From Bernardetiaceae bacterium (GTDB taxonomy: Bacteria > Bacteroidota > Bacteroidia > Cytophagales > Thermoflexibacteraceae): DNA of 64,000 nucleotides. The stretch spans positions 8,371 to 72,370 of the forward strand of contig JBIKRY010000001.1 of the NCBI GenBank assembly GCA_044348925.1, read 5' to 3'. Below, piece by piece: positions 45,993 through 55,800 of the stretch (its first letter is position 1; the number at the start of each line of letters is the position of its first letter). The translations under genes were made by a program, and so were the position numbers. The notes beneath the pieces were generated by a model. The model was not told the origin of the DNA and ran no database searches. It saw only the letters and a list, made by a program, of their open reading frames with translations.

Positions 45993-47501
45993 ATGATAAA
46001 ATCTACACTCGGAAAAGTTTTTGCTTCCTATATTGCTGCACAGCAAAATTATTGGGCTGCAAGACCTCTCGAAACCCAAAAAGCAGTGTTTGAAAAACTC
46101 ATCAAACAAGCCAAAAGAACTGTTTTTGGGACAGACCATGATTTTGACGCAATAAGAAACTATGAAGATTTTAAACAAGCAGTACCCATTAGAGATTATG
46201 AAGGGCTAAAGTCTTATATGGATTTGGTAATAGAAGGTTGGTCAAATATCCTTTGGACAGGCAAACCTTTATATTTTGCCAAAACATCAGGCACTACTTC
46301 GGGACTAAAATATATTCCTATTTCGCAAGAGTCTATTCCATATCATATAAATAGTGCCAGAAATGCCTTGTTATCTTATATTGCAGAAACAGGAAAAGCA
46401 GATTTTGTAGATAGAAAACTTATTTTCTTGTCGGGAAGTCCTATTTTAGAATCTAAACATGGCATACATACAGGAAGATTGTCGGGAATTGTAAACCACC
46501 ATATTCCAGCCTATTTACGCACCAATCAATTACCTTGCTATGCAACAAATTGCATAGATGATTGGGAAACCAAATTAGATGCTATTATCGAAGAAACTTT
46601 GCAAGCCGATATGTCCTTAATTTCGGGAATTCCGCCTTGGGTGCAGATGTATTTTGATAAAATTCAAGCTCGAACAGGCAAACAAATCAAAGACGTATTT
46701 CCTAATTTTTCGCTATTTGTCTATGGAGGGGTAAATTTTCAACCTTACAAAGCAAAATTAATCGAGTCTATTGGCAAAACTATAGATTCCATAGAAACAT
46801 ATCCTGCCTCCGAAGGTTTTATTGCCTACCAAGACACACAAACCGAACAAGGTTTGTTATTGCTTTTAGACAATGGAATGTTTTACGAGTTTATTCCTGC
46901 TAACGAATATTTTGACGAGAAACCAACCCGTTTGTCTATTAAAGACGTACAAATTGGAGTAAATTATGCAATTATTTTGAATACCAATGCAGGATTATGG
47001 GGATATTCGATTGGGGATACGGTAAAATTTGTAAGCAAAAAACCTTATAGAATTATTGTAACAGGAAGAATAAAGCATTTTATTTCAGCATTTGGCGAAC
47101 ATATTATTGCAGAAGAAGTAGAAAAAGCTATTTTAGCAACACAACAAACATTTCCAGAAGCCGAAATCGCAGAATTTACCGTAGCACCACAAGTTACGCC
47201 AACAGAAGGATTACCACATCACGAATGGTTGATTGCATTTTCCAAAATGCCAAGCAATATCGAAATATTTAGCAAAGTATTAGACCAAAATATGTGTGCT
47301 TTAAATGTTTATTATAAAGATTTAATTGAAGGTAAAATACTCAAACCATTGGTTATCAAGCCTTTACAAGCCGATTCATTTATTCAATATATGAAAACCA
47401 AAGGCAAGTTAGGCGGACAAAATAAAGTGCCACATCTTAGCAATACCAGAGAAATGGTAGAAGATATTTTGCGAATTTGTGAGCCAATCAACCAAAAATA
47501 A
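45993..47501 (+). CDS. GH3-family (acyl-acid amido synthetase-like) protein
   Basis: It has FAKTSGTTSGLKYIP (an adenylate-forming P-loop-like motif), YGGVNFQPY and YPASEGFIAYQ. Its length is typical of bacterial GH3 proteins. Confidence 0.75.
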   Translation: MIKSTLGKVFASYIAAQQNYWAARPLETQKAVFEKLIKQAKRTVFGTDHDFDAIRNYEDFKQAVPIRDYEGLKSYMDLVIEGWSNILWTGKPLYFAKTSGTTSGLKYIPISQESIPYHINSARNALLSYIAETGKADFVDRKLIFLSGSPILESKHGIHTGRLSGIVNHHIPAYLRTNQLPCYATNCIDDWETKLDAIIEETLQADMSLISGIPPWVQMYFDKIQARTGKQIKDVFPNFSLFVYGGVNFQPYKAKLIESIGKTIDSIETYPASEGFIAYQDTQTEQGLLLLLDNGMFYEFIPANEYFDEKPTRLSIKDVQIGVNYAIILNTNAGLWGYSIGDTVKFVSKKPYRIIVTGRIKHFISAFGEHIIAEEVEKAILATQQTFPEAEIAEFTVAPQVTPTEGLPHHEWLIAFSKMPSNIEIFSKVLDQNMCALNVYYKDLIEGKILKPLVIKPLQADSFIQYMKTKGKLGGQNKVPHLSNTREMVEDILRICEPINQK

Positions 47502-47525
47502 TTTAAAAATAGCAAAATTATACCA

Positions 47526-47903
47526 ATGAAAAACCTAATTAGTCTGCATAAATTGAGTAGTTTTGTAATCGTATTTGTTTGGTTGGTAAATGGTTTGGTA
47601 TGCAAAATTTTAAATTTTGTGCCTCGACACCAACAAATTGTGGCAGAAATTATGGGACAAAACTATGCAATGCTACTAACCAAAATGATAGGAATTTCCG
47701 AAATAATAATGACAATTTGGATACTTAGTCGAATAAAACCTCGTTTTTGTGCTATCACACAAATTTTTGTCGTGTTATTGATGAATGTAATAGAGTTTGT
47801 TTTAGTGCCAGAATTGCTATTATTTGGAAAAATAAATAGTATTTTGGCAATGCTTTTTTGTCTATTGGTCTATTTTAATGCCTTTGTATGGAATAAAAAA
47901 TAA
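47526..47903 (+). CDS. DoxX-like small membrane protein
   Basis: It has four TM segments. The N-terminal pattern FVIVFVWLVNGLVCKILNFVPRHQQIV resembles the DoxX-like family. Confidence 0.5.
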   Translation: MKNLISLHKLSSFVIVFVWLVNGLVCKILNFVPRHQQIVAEIMGQNYAMLLTKMIGISEIIMTIWILSRIKPRFCAITQIFVVLLMNVIEFVLVPELLLFGKINSILAMLFCLLVYFNAFVWNKK

Positions 47904-47912
47904 ATAAATTAG

Positions 47913-47955
47913 GATAAGCTAAATACAAAATCACTTATTTTGTGTTTAGCTTATC
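47913..47955. terminator. Bidirectional stem-loop between convergent genes
   Basis: gataagctaaatacaaaa ... ttttgtgtttagcttatc forms an 18-bp stem with 1 mismatch. Confidence 0.6.
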
Positions 47956-47976
47956 TTATTAATATTTTACACAAAA

Positions 47977-48378
47977 TTACTTATCAGCTGTTGCTTTTTG
48001 AACAAAAGTAAGTTTGTGTGCTGCACCGTGTATTTTGTCTGAAAATCCAGCATCTACATCAATATAGACCAATTTTCCAAACTTATCAATAATACTAAAT
48101 TTATCAAACATTTCTATTTGAATAGCAATAAAATCATCATGTAATTGTTGCAATTCTTTTTGTTTTTCTGTAGGTACTACCATCATAAAACTTTTACCAA
48201 GCATTTCGTTGCGTTGATAACTAAGAATATTTAAGTAGGCTTCGTTCATGCCCACATAAATTCCGTCTTCATTGGTAACGCAAACCCCGATTTTGGTGCT
48301 TTCTATTATTTTTTCAAAATCTTGTGGATTTTGTTCTACCGCATCTTTAATACGTTGGGTTTCTTGTAGGTTCATCAT
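47977..48378 (-). CDS. Stand-alone PAS domain protein
   Basis: IIESTKIGVCVTNEDGIYVGMNEAYLNILSYQRNEMLGKSF is a PAS-like core. At 133 aa it has no output domain. Confidence 0.65.
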   Translation of the reverse strand: MMNLQETQRIKDAVEQNPQDFEKIIESTKIGVCVTNEDGIYVGMNEAYLNILSYQRNEMLGKSFMMVVPTEKQKELQQLHDDFIAIQIEMFDKFSIIDKFGKLVYIDVDAGFSDKIHGAAHKLTFVQKATADK

Positions 48379-48450
48379 AAAAGTAGAGTTTTTTGTGTGT
48401 ATAAATACGGCTGAAAATTTGGGTAATTATTTTGACAAAAGCAACAAAAA

Positions 48451-49659
48451 TTAGATATTTTGTTCTTCTATTTGTTTGGTTAATGCAGTAATAATCTTGT
48501 CTTTTTCTGCCAATTCCTGCTCGTGTTGTTCTCGCATTTTTTTTATTTGTGCGTAGGCTTTGTCTTGAATAGTCTTGCTACGTTCTTTCAAAAATACTTC
48601 ATTTTGCTCTAAAATATGTTGCTGGTTGCGTTTTTCGGTAATATCATAGGACATTTTTACGATTTTGTTTGTATGTCCATAAGCATTGATAGTTGGATAA
48701 TAGGTAGCAAATAGCCAAAATTCCTCGCCATTTTTCTTTTTTCTTTTCACTTCTTTGCGTATGGTTTTTCCCTCTTTTAAATTACTTACCATTTCATCAA
48801 ATAGGGGTTTTTCGTCTTCGGGCAAAAAATCAATATAAAGCGTATCTAATATTTCTTTTGTGGTATAGCCTGTATGTTGCAAAAACAAATCACAAGTTCG
48901 CAATATTTTGCCTTGTGTAGATATTTCTACCACAAACATAGTATCTTCTATGGCAGTATTTAAGGCACTCATTTCTTGATTAATGCGGTGCATTTCCTCT
49001 TGTGTGGCTTCGAGTTCCTCCATATTTTGTCGCAATTCTTCTTCCATACTTTGGAATATTTCGTGCTGTTGCAGAGATTCTCGTAATAGTTCTTTTGTTT
49101 TGGCATTATTTTGAATACTTTGCAACATAATTGCAATATTATTTGCCAAACGGTTTAGTAATTCTTTTTGTTTGTCTTCAAGTAAGTTTACATAAACCAA
49201 TTCCAAAATTCCAACTACGTCTTGATGTGCAATCAAGGGTATAATTAACAATGCTTTTGCTCGCATAACCCCTGTGGCAGAGGTCATCACAAGATTTTGT
49301 TCTTGCAAATCTGTTCTATATATTTGTTCTCTTGATTTTGCAACTTGTCCTATTAGACCTTCGCCAAGAGCATAATCTTTCTTGGCAATATTTTCTAAAT
49401 TACACGCATAAGCACCGCAGGCAATACTTACATTTTTCTCGACCACAAAAAAAACACCACGAATAGCAGTAGTTATTTTAGAAATTTGTGTAATTACAAT
49501 ATCTGCAAATTCTCTCACAGATTTTTCATAATTATTTCTTAGAATATCATCAAACTGCGAAAGCGTAGTATCCAGCCAGATACGACTTTCCATTTCTTTT
49601 TGTTTATGCAGGAGTTGCTCTTCTAAATTTGGAAAGTTGGAGTTATTACTATTATTCAT
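48451..49659 (-). CDS. GAF - coiled-coil - PAS domain signalling protein without a recognisable output domain
   Basis: It has a GAF-like block (GEGLIGQVAKSREQIY...LIIPLIAHQDVVGILEL), a coiled coil, then a PAS-like block (FLQHTGYTTKEIL...NGEEFWLFATYYP). Confidence 0.65.
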   Translation of the reverse strand: MNNSNNSNFPNLEEQLLHKQKEMESRIWLDTTLSQFDDILRNNYEKSVREFADIVITQISKITTAIRGVFFVVEKNVSIACGAYACNLENIAKKDYALGEGLIGQVAKSREQIYRTDLQEQNLVMTSATGVMRAKALLIIPLIAHQDVVGILELVYVNLLEDKQKELLNRLANNIAIMLQSIQNNAKTKELLRESLQQHEIFQSMEEELRQNMEELEATQEEMHRINQEMSALNTAIEDTMFVVEISTQGKILRTCDLFLQHTGYTTKEILDTLYIDFLPEDEKPLFDEMVSNLKEGKTIRKEVKRKKKNGEEFWLFATYYPTINAYGHTNKIVKMSYDITEKRNQQHILEQNEVFLKERSKTIQDKAYAQIKKMREQHEQELAEKDKIITALTKQIEEQNI

Positions 49660-50101
49660 ATAAGTTTTGGTTTTGATATAGCAATAATAGTAATTTTTTT
49701 GATAATATGTAATTTCTATGCTTATTTTTTATTGTTTGTTATTGCAATATGGTATGCACACAACAGATAACTGTAGCAATGCCAATATTGGAAAAATAAT
49801 CTTACAGATAAGACTATATAACCAAGTAAAAAAATAAATTTAATTAGGTTTTTGTAAATATTCATTTGCAAATAACAAAAATAAATGCGTAATTCGTTGC
49901 AAAATAACGAGTAACAAATATTCATCTAATTAGATATTTTTAACAAAAATATTTTACAAGAAAAGAAGTTATTAAGCAATGTAACATAGGCTTTAGCTTT
50001 TTGTTTAACTATTTGAGTATCAATAATTTATATACAAGCCTAAAGGCTATGTTACATTCCTTAATAATCTCTAAAAAATAATTATAAATATTCTATTACC
50101 A

Positions 50102-52573
50102 ATGTCCTACGAAAATATTAGAGAAGAAGAACTAAAAAATCAAATAGCACACAACTATTTTAGTGAATTTGATTGCCGAAAAATAATTGGTAATGTAGAT
50201 TTTTGTGTAGCCCCCCTGCCCCCCGAAGGTGGAGTTTTTGACGTATTGACTCCCCCTTCGGGGGGTGGGGGGCTTTTGTGGGCAGAAGCCAAAAAAGGCA
50301 TTGCAGATATTTATAAAGCATTGGTGCAGTTGATTCTTACCATTGGTAAGGCACGTACTTTTGATAAATACTTGCCTCCTGCGTATTTGGGTGCTTTTGA
50401 TGCCCAAAAAATAGCTTTTATCCCTTATAATGACATTCACGATATTTTTTATCTGAATGATTTTAATTGGAATGTTACGCCTTCCAATCATGAAAGCAAA
50501 GAATTTCAGCTTATTTATGACAAAGTAAAAAGTATTTTAGACCAAAATACCCTGCTATATTTTTATGGCAAAGATGACAAAGAACTTAAACAATTTATAC
50601 AAACTAATTTTGTTGTAGGGAAGTTTGGCATCACAAAAACCAGAATTGACAAAAATAATTTTATTGTCATTTATAATAAATGGTTACAAACCGTAAAACC
50701 TACGATTGCAGTAAATTGGGATTTGGTAAAAAAAGGAGGTATTATAGATGCAGATTTTTATTTGGCAGACTTGCTTTCTTTAGAAAATAAAACTTTGAAA
50801 GAAAAACTTTTTGTTTTATTAGAGAGAGAATATTATGAACTTGACCGCAAAATAGATGAATGGGGAATATTTAATTCTCGTAAAATTACTTTCAAAGATA
50901 ATTTAAAAGCACACACTTTATTTTGGAATAAATATGAAAGACCTCCTAAAGAGGAATATTGGGATTATATTATCAATCGGCGAGATTTATTAGTTCCGCA
51001 AGATGTAAGAGAACGAAAAGGTAGTTTTTTTACCCCACAAATTTGGGTAGAATTGTCGCAAAAATACTTAACAGATGTTTTGGGTGAGGATTGGCAAGAT
51101 GAATATTATATTTGGGATTGTGCAGCAGGAACAGGAAATTTATTAACAGGTTTAACGAATAAGCACCACATTTGGGCATCAACACTTGATAAACAAGATG
51201 TGGACGTGATGCATGACCGTATTAAAAATGGTGCAAATTTATTGGAAGACCACGTTTTTCAGTTTGATTTTCTCAATGATAGTTTTGATAAATTGCCTAA
51301 AGGATTGCAAAATATTATTAATAGTCCCGAAAAAAGGAAAAAATTGGTGGTGTATATCAATCCGCCTTATGCGGAAAGTAATGGAAGAATAAGTATAACA
51401 AGAAGTAAGGTTCAAGTTTCACGTATTCATACTAAGTATCAGCAGAATTTAGAAAAAGTAGGTGCAGAATTATTTGCACAATTTCTAATACGAATTTATT
51501 TTGAAATTCAAGGTTGTTTTATAGGACAATTCTCAACGTTGAAAGCTGTTAGTGCAGTTAATTCAAAAACTTTTAGAAATAGCTTTTTAGCTAAGTTAGA
51601 GAAGTTATTTGTAGTGCCTGCAAATACTTTTGACAACGTAAAAGGCAAATTTCCCATTGGATTTTTTATTTGGGACACAAAAACCAAAGAAAAGTTTGAA
51701 CAAATTGAAGCTGATGTTTTTAATGCTAATGGCAAGTTAATTAGTAACAAAATCTTCCGTTCTTATGAAAATGAAAAAGGTAGAGTAAATAATTGGTTGT
51801 TATCATTCAAAGATTTAAGTAATAATTATGTTGGTGTTTTAATGGCTGATGCACCCGATTTTCAACACAAAAATTTAATAGCTATTCAAAGTTTTAAAGG
51901 GATAAGACACGGAATCTATTTTCCAATTAATAGTAAAAATTTAATAATAGCTTGCATTTATGTTGCTGTTCGTCATTGCATAGAAGCCACTTGGCTCAAT
52001 GACCGTGACCAATTTATATATCCAAATGAGGATTGGCAAAAAGACAAAGAATTTCAAAATGACTGTTTAGCTTTTACCTTATTTCATAGCCAAAATAAAA
52101 TAAGTTCAAAAGCAGGTACAAATCATTGGATACCTTTTACAGAAGCCGAAGTTGATGCAAGAGATAATTTTGAGAGTAATTTTATGAGTAAATTTATTAA
52201 GGGCAAGCTAAAAATTGAAAAAAATGCCGATTTAATGAATGAATCAACTGTTACAACTTCCGAAAAATTGGTATTTTCTCCCGAAGCACAAGCTGTTTTT
52301 GTGGCTGGTCTTGCTCTTTGGAAATATTATCACCAAGCTATTAAAAATATTCCTGCGTGGCAAATTCCCCCTTCGGGGGTTGGGGGGCTTGTTAATGCTT
52401 CTTTGTACGATATTCGTGAATATTTTCAGGGACGTAATGCTACAGGCAAAATGAATAATAAAAGTGAAGATGAAACTTACACAAAATTAATTGCAGATTT
52501 ACGAGAGGCTTTGAAGGTTTTATCGCAAAAAATAGAGCCGAAAGTGTATGAATATGGTTTTTTAAAAGGGTAA
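50102..52573 (+). CDS. Putative single-chain restriction-modification enzyme: N-terminal PD-(D/E)XK-like motif fused to a gamma-class N6-adenine DNA methyltransferase
   Basis: The methyltransferase motifs, in order, are GSFFTPQ (X), YIWDCAAGTGNLLTG (I) and VVYINPPYAE (IV). The N-terminus reads VDFCV...[22-aa insert]...LWAEAKKG. A C-terminal region of about 400 aa could carry target recognition. The gene holds two palindromic-element copies. Confidence 0.7.
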   Translation: MSYENIREEELKNQIAHNYFSEFDCRKIIGNVDFCVAPLPPEGGVFDVLTPPSGGGGLLWAEAKKGIADIYKALVQLILTIGKARTFDKYLPPAYLGAFDAQKIAFIPYNDIHDIFYLNDFNWNVTPSNHESKEFQLIYDKVKSILDQNTLLYFYGKDDKELKQFIQTNFVVGKFGITKTRIDKNNFIVIYNKWLQTVKPTIAVNWDLVKKGGIIDADFYLADLLSLENKTLKEKLFVLLEREYYELDRKIDEWGIFNSRKITFKDNLKAHTLFWNKYERPPKEEYWDYIINRRDLLVPQDVRERKGSFFTPQIWVELSQKYLTDVLGEDWQDEYYIWDCAAGTGNLLTGLTNKHHIWASTLDKQDVDVMHDRIKNGANLLEDHVFQFDFLNDSFDKLPKGLQNIINSPEKRKKLVVYINPPYAESNGRISITRSKVQVSRIHTKYQQNLEKVGAELFAQFLIRIYFEIQGCFIGQFSTLKAVSAVNSKTFRNSFLAKLEKLFVVPANTFDNVKGKFPIGFFIWDTKTKEKFEQIEADVFNANGKLISNKIFRSYENEKGRVNNWLLSFKDLSNNYVGVLMADAPDFQHKNLIAIQSFKGIRHGIYFPINSKNLIIACIYVAVRHCIEATWLNDRDQFIYPNEDWQKDKEFQNDCLAFTLFHSQNKISSKAGTNHWIPFTEAEVDARDNFESNFMSKFIKGKLKIEKNADLMNESTVTTSEKLVFSPEAQAVFVAGLALWKYYHQAIKNIPAWQIPPSGVGGLVNASLYDIREYFQGRNATGKMNNKSEDETYTKLIADLREALKVLSQKIEPKVYEYGFLKG
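50209..50274. repeat. G+C-rich palindromic element, 66-bp copy, in frame in the methyltransferase-fusion gene
   Basis: agcccccctgccccccgaaggtggag-tttttgacgtattgac-tcccccttcggggggtggggggct encodes [22 protein letters not shown]. Confidence 0.9.
52365..52389. repeat. Solo right arm of the G+C-rich palindromic element, in frame
   Basis: ttcccccttcgggggttggggggct encodes IPPSGVGGL. No left arm is nearby. Confidence 0.8.
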
Positions 52574-52819
52574 TGTAATAAAAATGCCGTTTTGAAAGTA
52601 TATATATGCTATTACGCAATTTACATGAAGTAAAAGTAAATAATTAATTGAAAATATTTTTAGTGTAAGTAATTGATTTTCAATTACTTATATTTATTTT
52701 TATTATAAAATATATTTTTCTTTTACTTAAATTTAAAAAAATAACATAATTTAACAATAAAAAATATTTTTTTCGTTTTATTGTTTCAATATTACATAGT
52801 ATTTTACAGTAAAAATAAG

Positions 52820-55800
52820 ATGAAAATATTTTTTTGTTATTTAGCTTTATTTTTCTTCAACACAATTGTTTTTGCACAAGTTTATCCATTCAAAACCTAT
52901 GCAATAGAACAGGGTTTGCCACAATCTGAAATTTGGGATATGATGTCAGATAGTCGTGGCTATTTGTGGATAGGCACAAATGGTGGCGGACTTACCAAGT
53001 TTAATGGCAAAACTTTTCAAACTTTTACCAAAAAAGATGGACTACCAAACGAACAAGTAAGCAATCTTATAGAGGATAAAAAAGGCAATATTTGGGCTAT
53101 GACTTTTAATGGCTTGTCCTATTATGACGGAATCAGTTTTAAAACTTATGACGAATCCGATGGTATTCAAGTAGTAAATTCGCCTTTTGCAAATTTTGCG
53201 GTAGATGAACAAAATACACTATGGTTTCTAAGTTTTGCTCAACAAAATACTATTTTGTATCTATTTGAAAATCAAAAGTTTATAGAAGCAAAAACCAAAT
53301 TTCCTATCCTCGCAGACTATTTTATTGTACGGCTCTATGCAAATAAAAAGTGCATTTTTATTAATGCAATACATACCCAAACAGGTAAAACTACGTTATT
53401 CCAATACCAAAAAGGACAACTTAGTACCTACCAAAATCCTACAATACCTGTAGCAAATGGAGAAAGTTTGTGTCCTTTTTTTACACATAGCAACGGAGAT
53501 ATATGGGCTGGAATTTTTAAATTTGCTCCTAATCAAGTTGTTAATATCCTTAAAATATATAAAATTTCGCCACAAGGGCAAGCTACTGAATTACCTTGTC
53601 CAGAAAATGTACCAATATTTGCAATCAATAGAGTAGCAGAAGACAAATTTAAGCATGTATGGTTACCTCTTAGCAATTTTCAAGGCAATTTGAATGGTAA
53701 TGCCATTTGGAAATATGATTTGGCAGGAAAAGTTACTACACTTTCCGAAAAAAATGGCTTAGCTACTGTATTTATTGTCAATAGTGTAGCAGATAAAGAT
53801 GGAAATATTTGGCTTGGAACTCGTGGATTTGGCTTAATCAAATATTTAGGGGAAACTTTTACTGCCATCAATCAATCTTTAGGTATGCAACAAGAAGTTA
53901 CACGAACTTTTTATAAAGATAAAGCTGGGGTTATCTGGATTGGAACAGTTGCCAATGAACTCTATGCATGGAATGGAAAAGAATTAAAAACCTATCCTGC
54001 AAATATTCCCATAGGAAGAATTATGAAAATAGAGCCTGAAGAAAATGGTAATTTATTGTTGGCTACTAATACGGGTATTGTTCGTTTTAATCAAGGCAAA
54101 TTTAGCAATGTCAATCAAGAGTTTGGAATTCCTGCTACTGTTGCACAAGTTTCTTATTTATTGCACACCAAAGATGATATTTGGTGGATTGTTACACAAG
54201 GCACAGGTTTGTATCGGTATGATTCTAAAACCAAAACAACTACACAATATAATGTAGCAAATAAAAAATTAGCAAATAATGGTTTATATTCTGTTTTTGA
54301 GGACAGCAAAGGAAGTATTTGGGTAAATTCTAATGCAGGCGTGCATAGAATAGAAAAAAAAGGAATTTTGCAAAACGAAGAAGAGAAAATTACACTATTT
54401 GACCGAAGTAAAGGACTTGGAGAAAGTTTAACCCAACAAACCACAGAAGATAAAAATGGAAATATTTGGGTTACTACGTTTGGTGGTGGTTTGGCACGTT
54501 TTGATGGCACAAAGTTTATTAGCTATACCAAAGAAAACTCTGATTTATCTTCTAATTTAATTTATTCTATTACTACAGATGCTAATGGAGATATTTGGGC
54601 AGGTATGCAAGGTGGCGTAGCTAAATTGGAAGTAGATGCCAAAAGTGAAGTTAGCAAAATTACTAATTATGCAGATAATCAAGGGTTTACAGGCAAAGAA
54701 ACCAACGGTGCAGCTATTTACAAAGACGATGAAAATAATATGTGGTTTGGCACACTAAAAGGTGCTTACAAATATAATCCTACCTTCGACCAACCAAACA
54801 CCAACCAACCAATAGCCAATATTACTGCCATAAGATTATTTTTTAAGCCCGTAAAATGGCAGGAAGAACCCTATAAACAATATTTTTTAGAGCCTACAAA
54901 ATGGTTTATACAAGTGCCACAAAATTTGGTATTGCCCTACAACGAGAATCACATAGCTTTTGATTTGGAAGCAGTACAGTTTGACAATCCTGATGAGGTA
55001 GAATTTCAGTGGAAACTCGAAGGCATAGACACAGATTGGACTCCTGCCATTCAGAAACAAGAAGCTATTTACCCAAATTTGCCTCCAAATACCTATACTT
55101 TTAAGCTAAGGGCTGGCTTACAAGGAAATTGGGGAGAAACCACTACCTATACCTTTACCATTACGCCGCCTTGGTGGCAAACTTGGTGGTTTATTACTTT
55201 GTGTGTGTTGTCCATTTCTGCCATCATTTACTCCTTTATACGCATACGCCTACAAGCAATTAAGGAAAGACAAGCAGAATTAGAAAAATTAGTATTTGAA
55301 AAAACCGCAGAAGTACGCCAACAAAATACCGAAATTTTGGCACAAACACAGGTTTTACAACACGCAAATAGCGAAATTATTAGACAAAGTGAACTTTTGG
55401 CACATAAAAACAGAGATATTACTGCAAGTATTACCTATGCCAAACGGATTCAAACGGCTATGTTGCCTACAGAAACAGATATTCAAAAAACATTTCCAGA
55501 TTCTTTTGTATTATTTCAACCAAAAGATATTGTAAGTGGAGATTTTTACTATTTTGAAAATATTATAGATAAAAATGCTATTGAAATTAGTGTTTTAGCT
55601 GCCATAGATTGCACAGGGCATGGCGTACCAGGTGCTTTTATGTCGATGATTGGTAATGATTTGCTCAATCATATTATTTTGGAAAAAGAAATTCACAGCC
55701 CAAATTTAATTCTCGAAGAACTCAACAAAGGAGTACGCAAATTATTAAAACAAGCCGAAAATAAAGTACGTGATGGAATGGATTTGAGTTTGGTAACAGT

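Noticed and set aside
49722-49925. 67-aa minus-strand ORF in the long intergenic region upstream of the methyltransferase-fusion gene
   Set aside because: It has a low-complexity Y/C/L/F-rich translation of AT-rich DNA and no start context or motif. It is probably non-coding.
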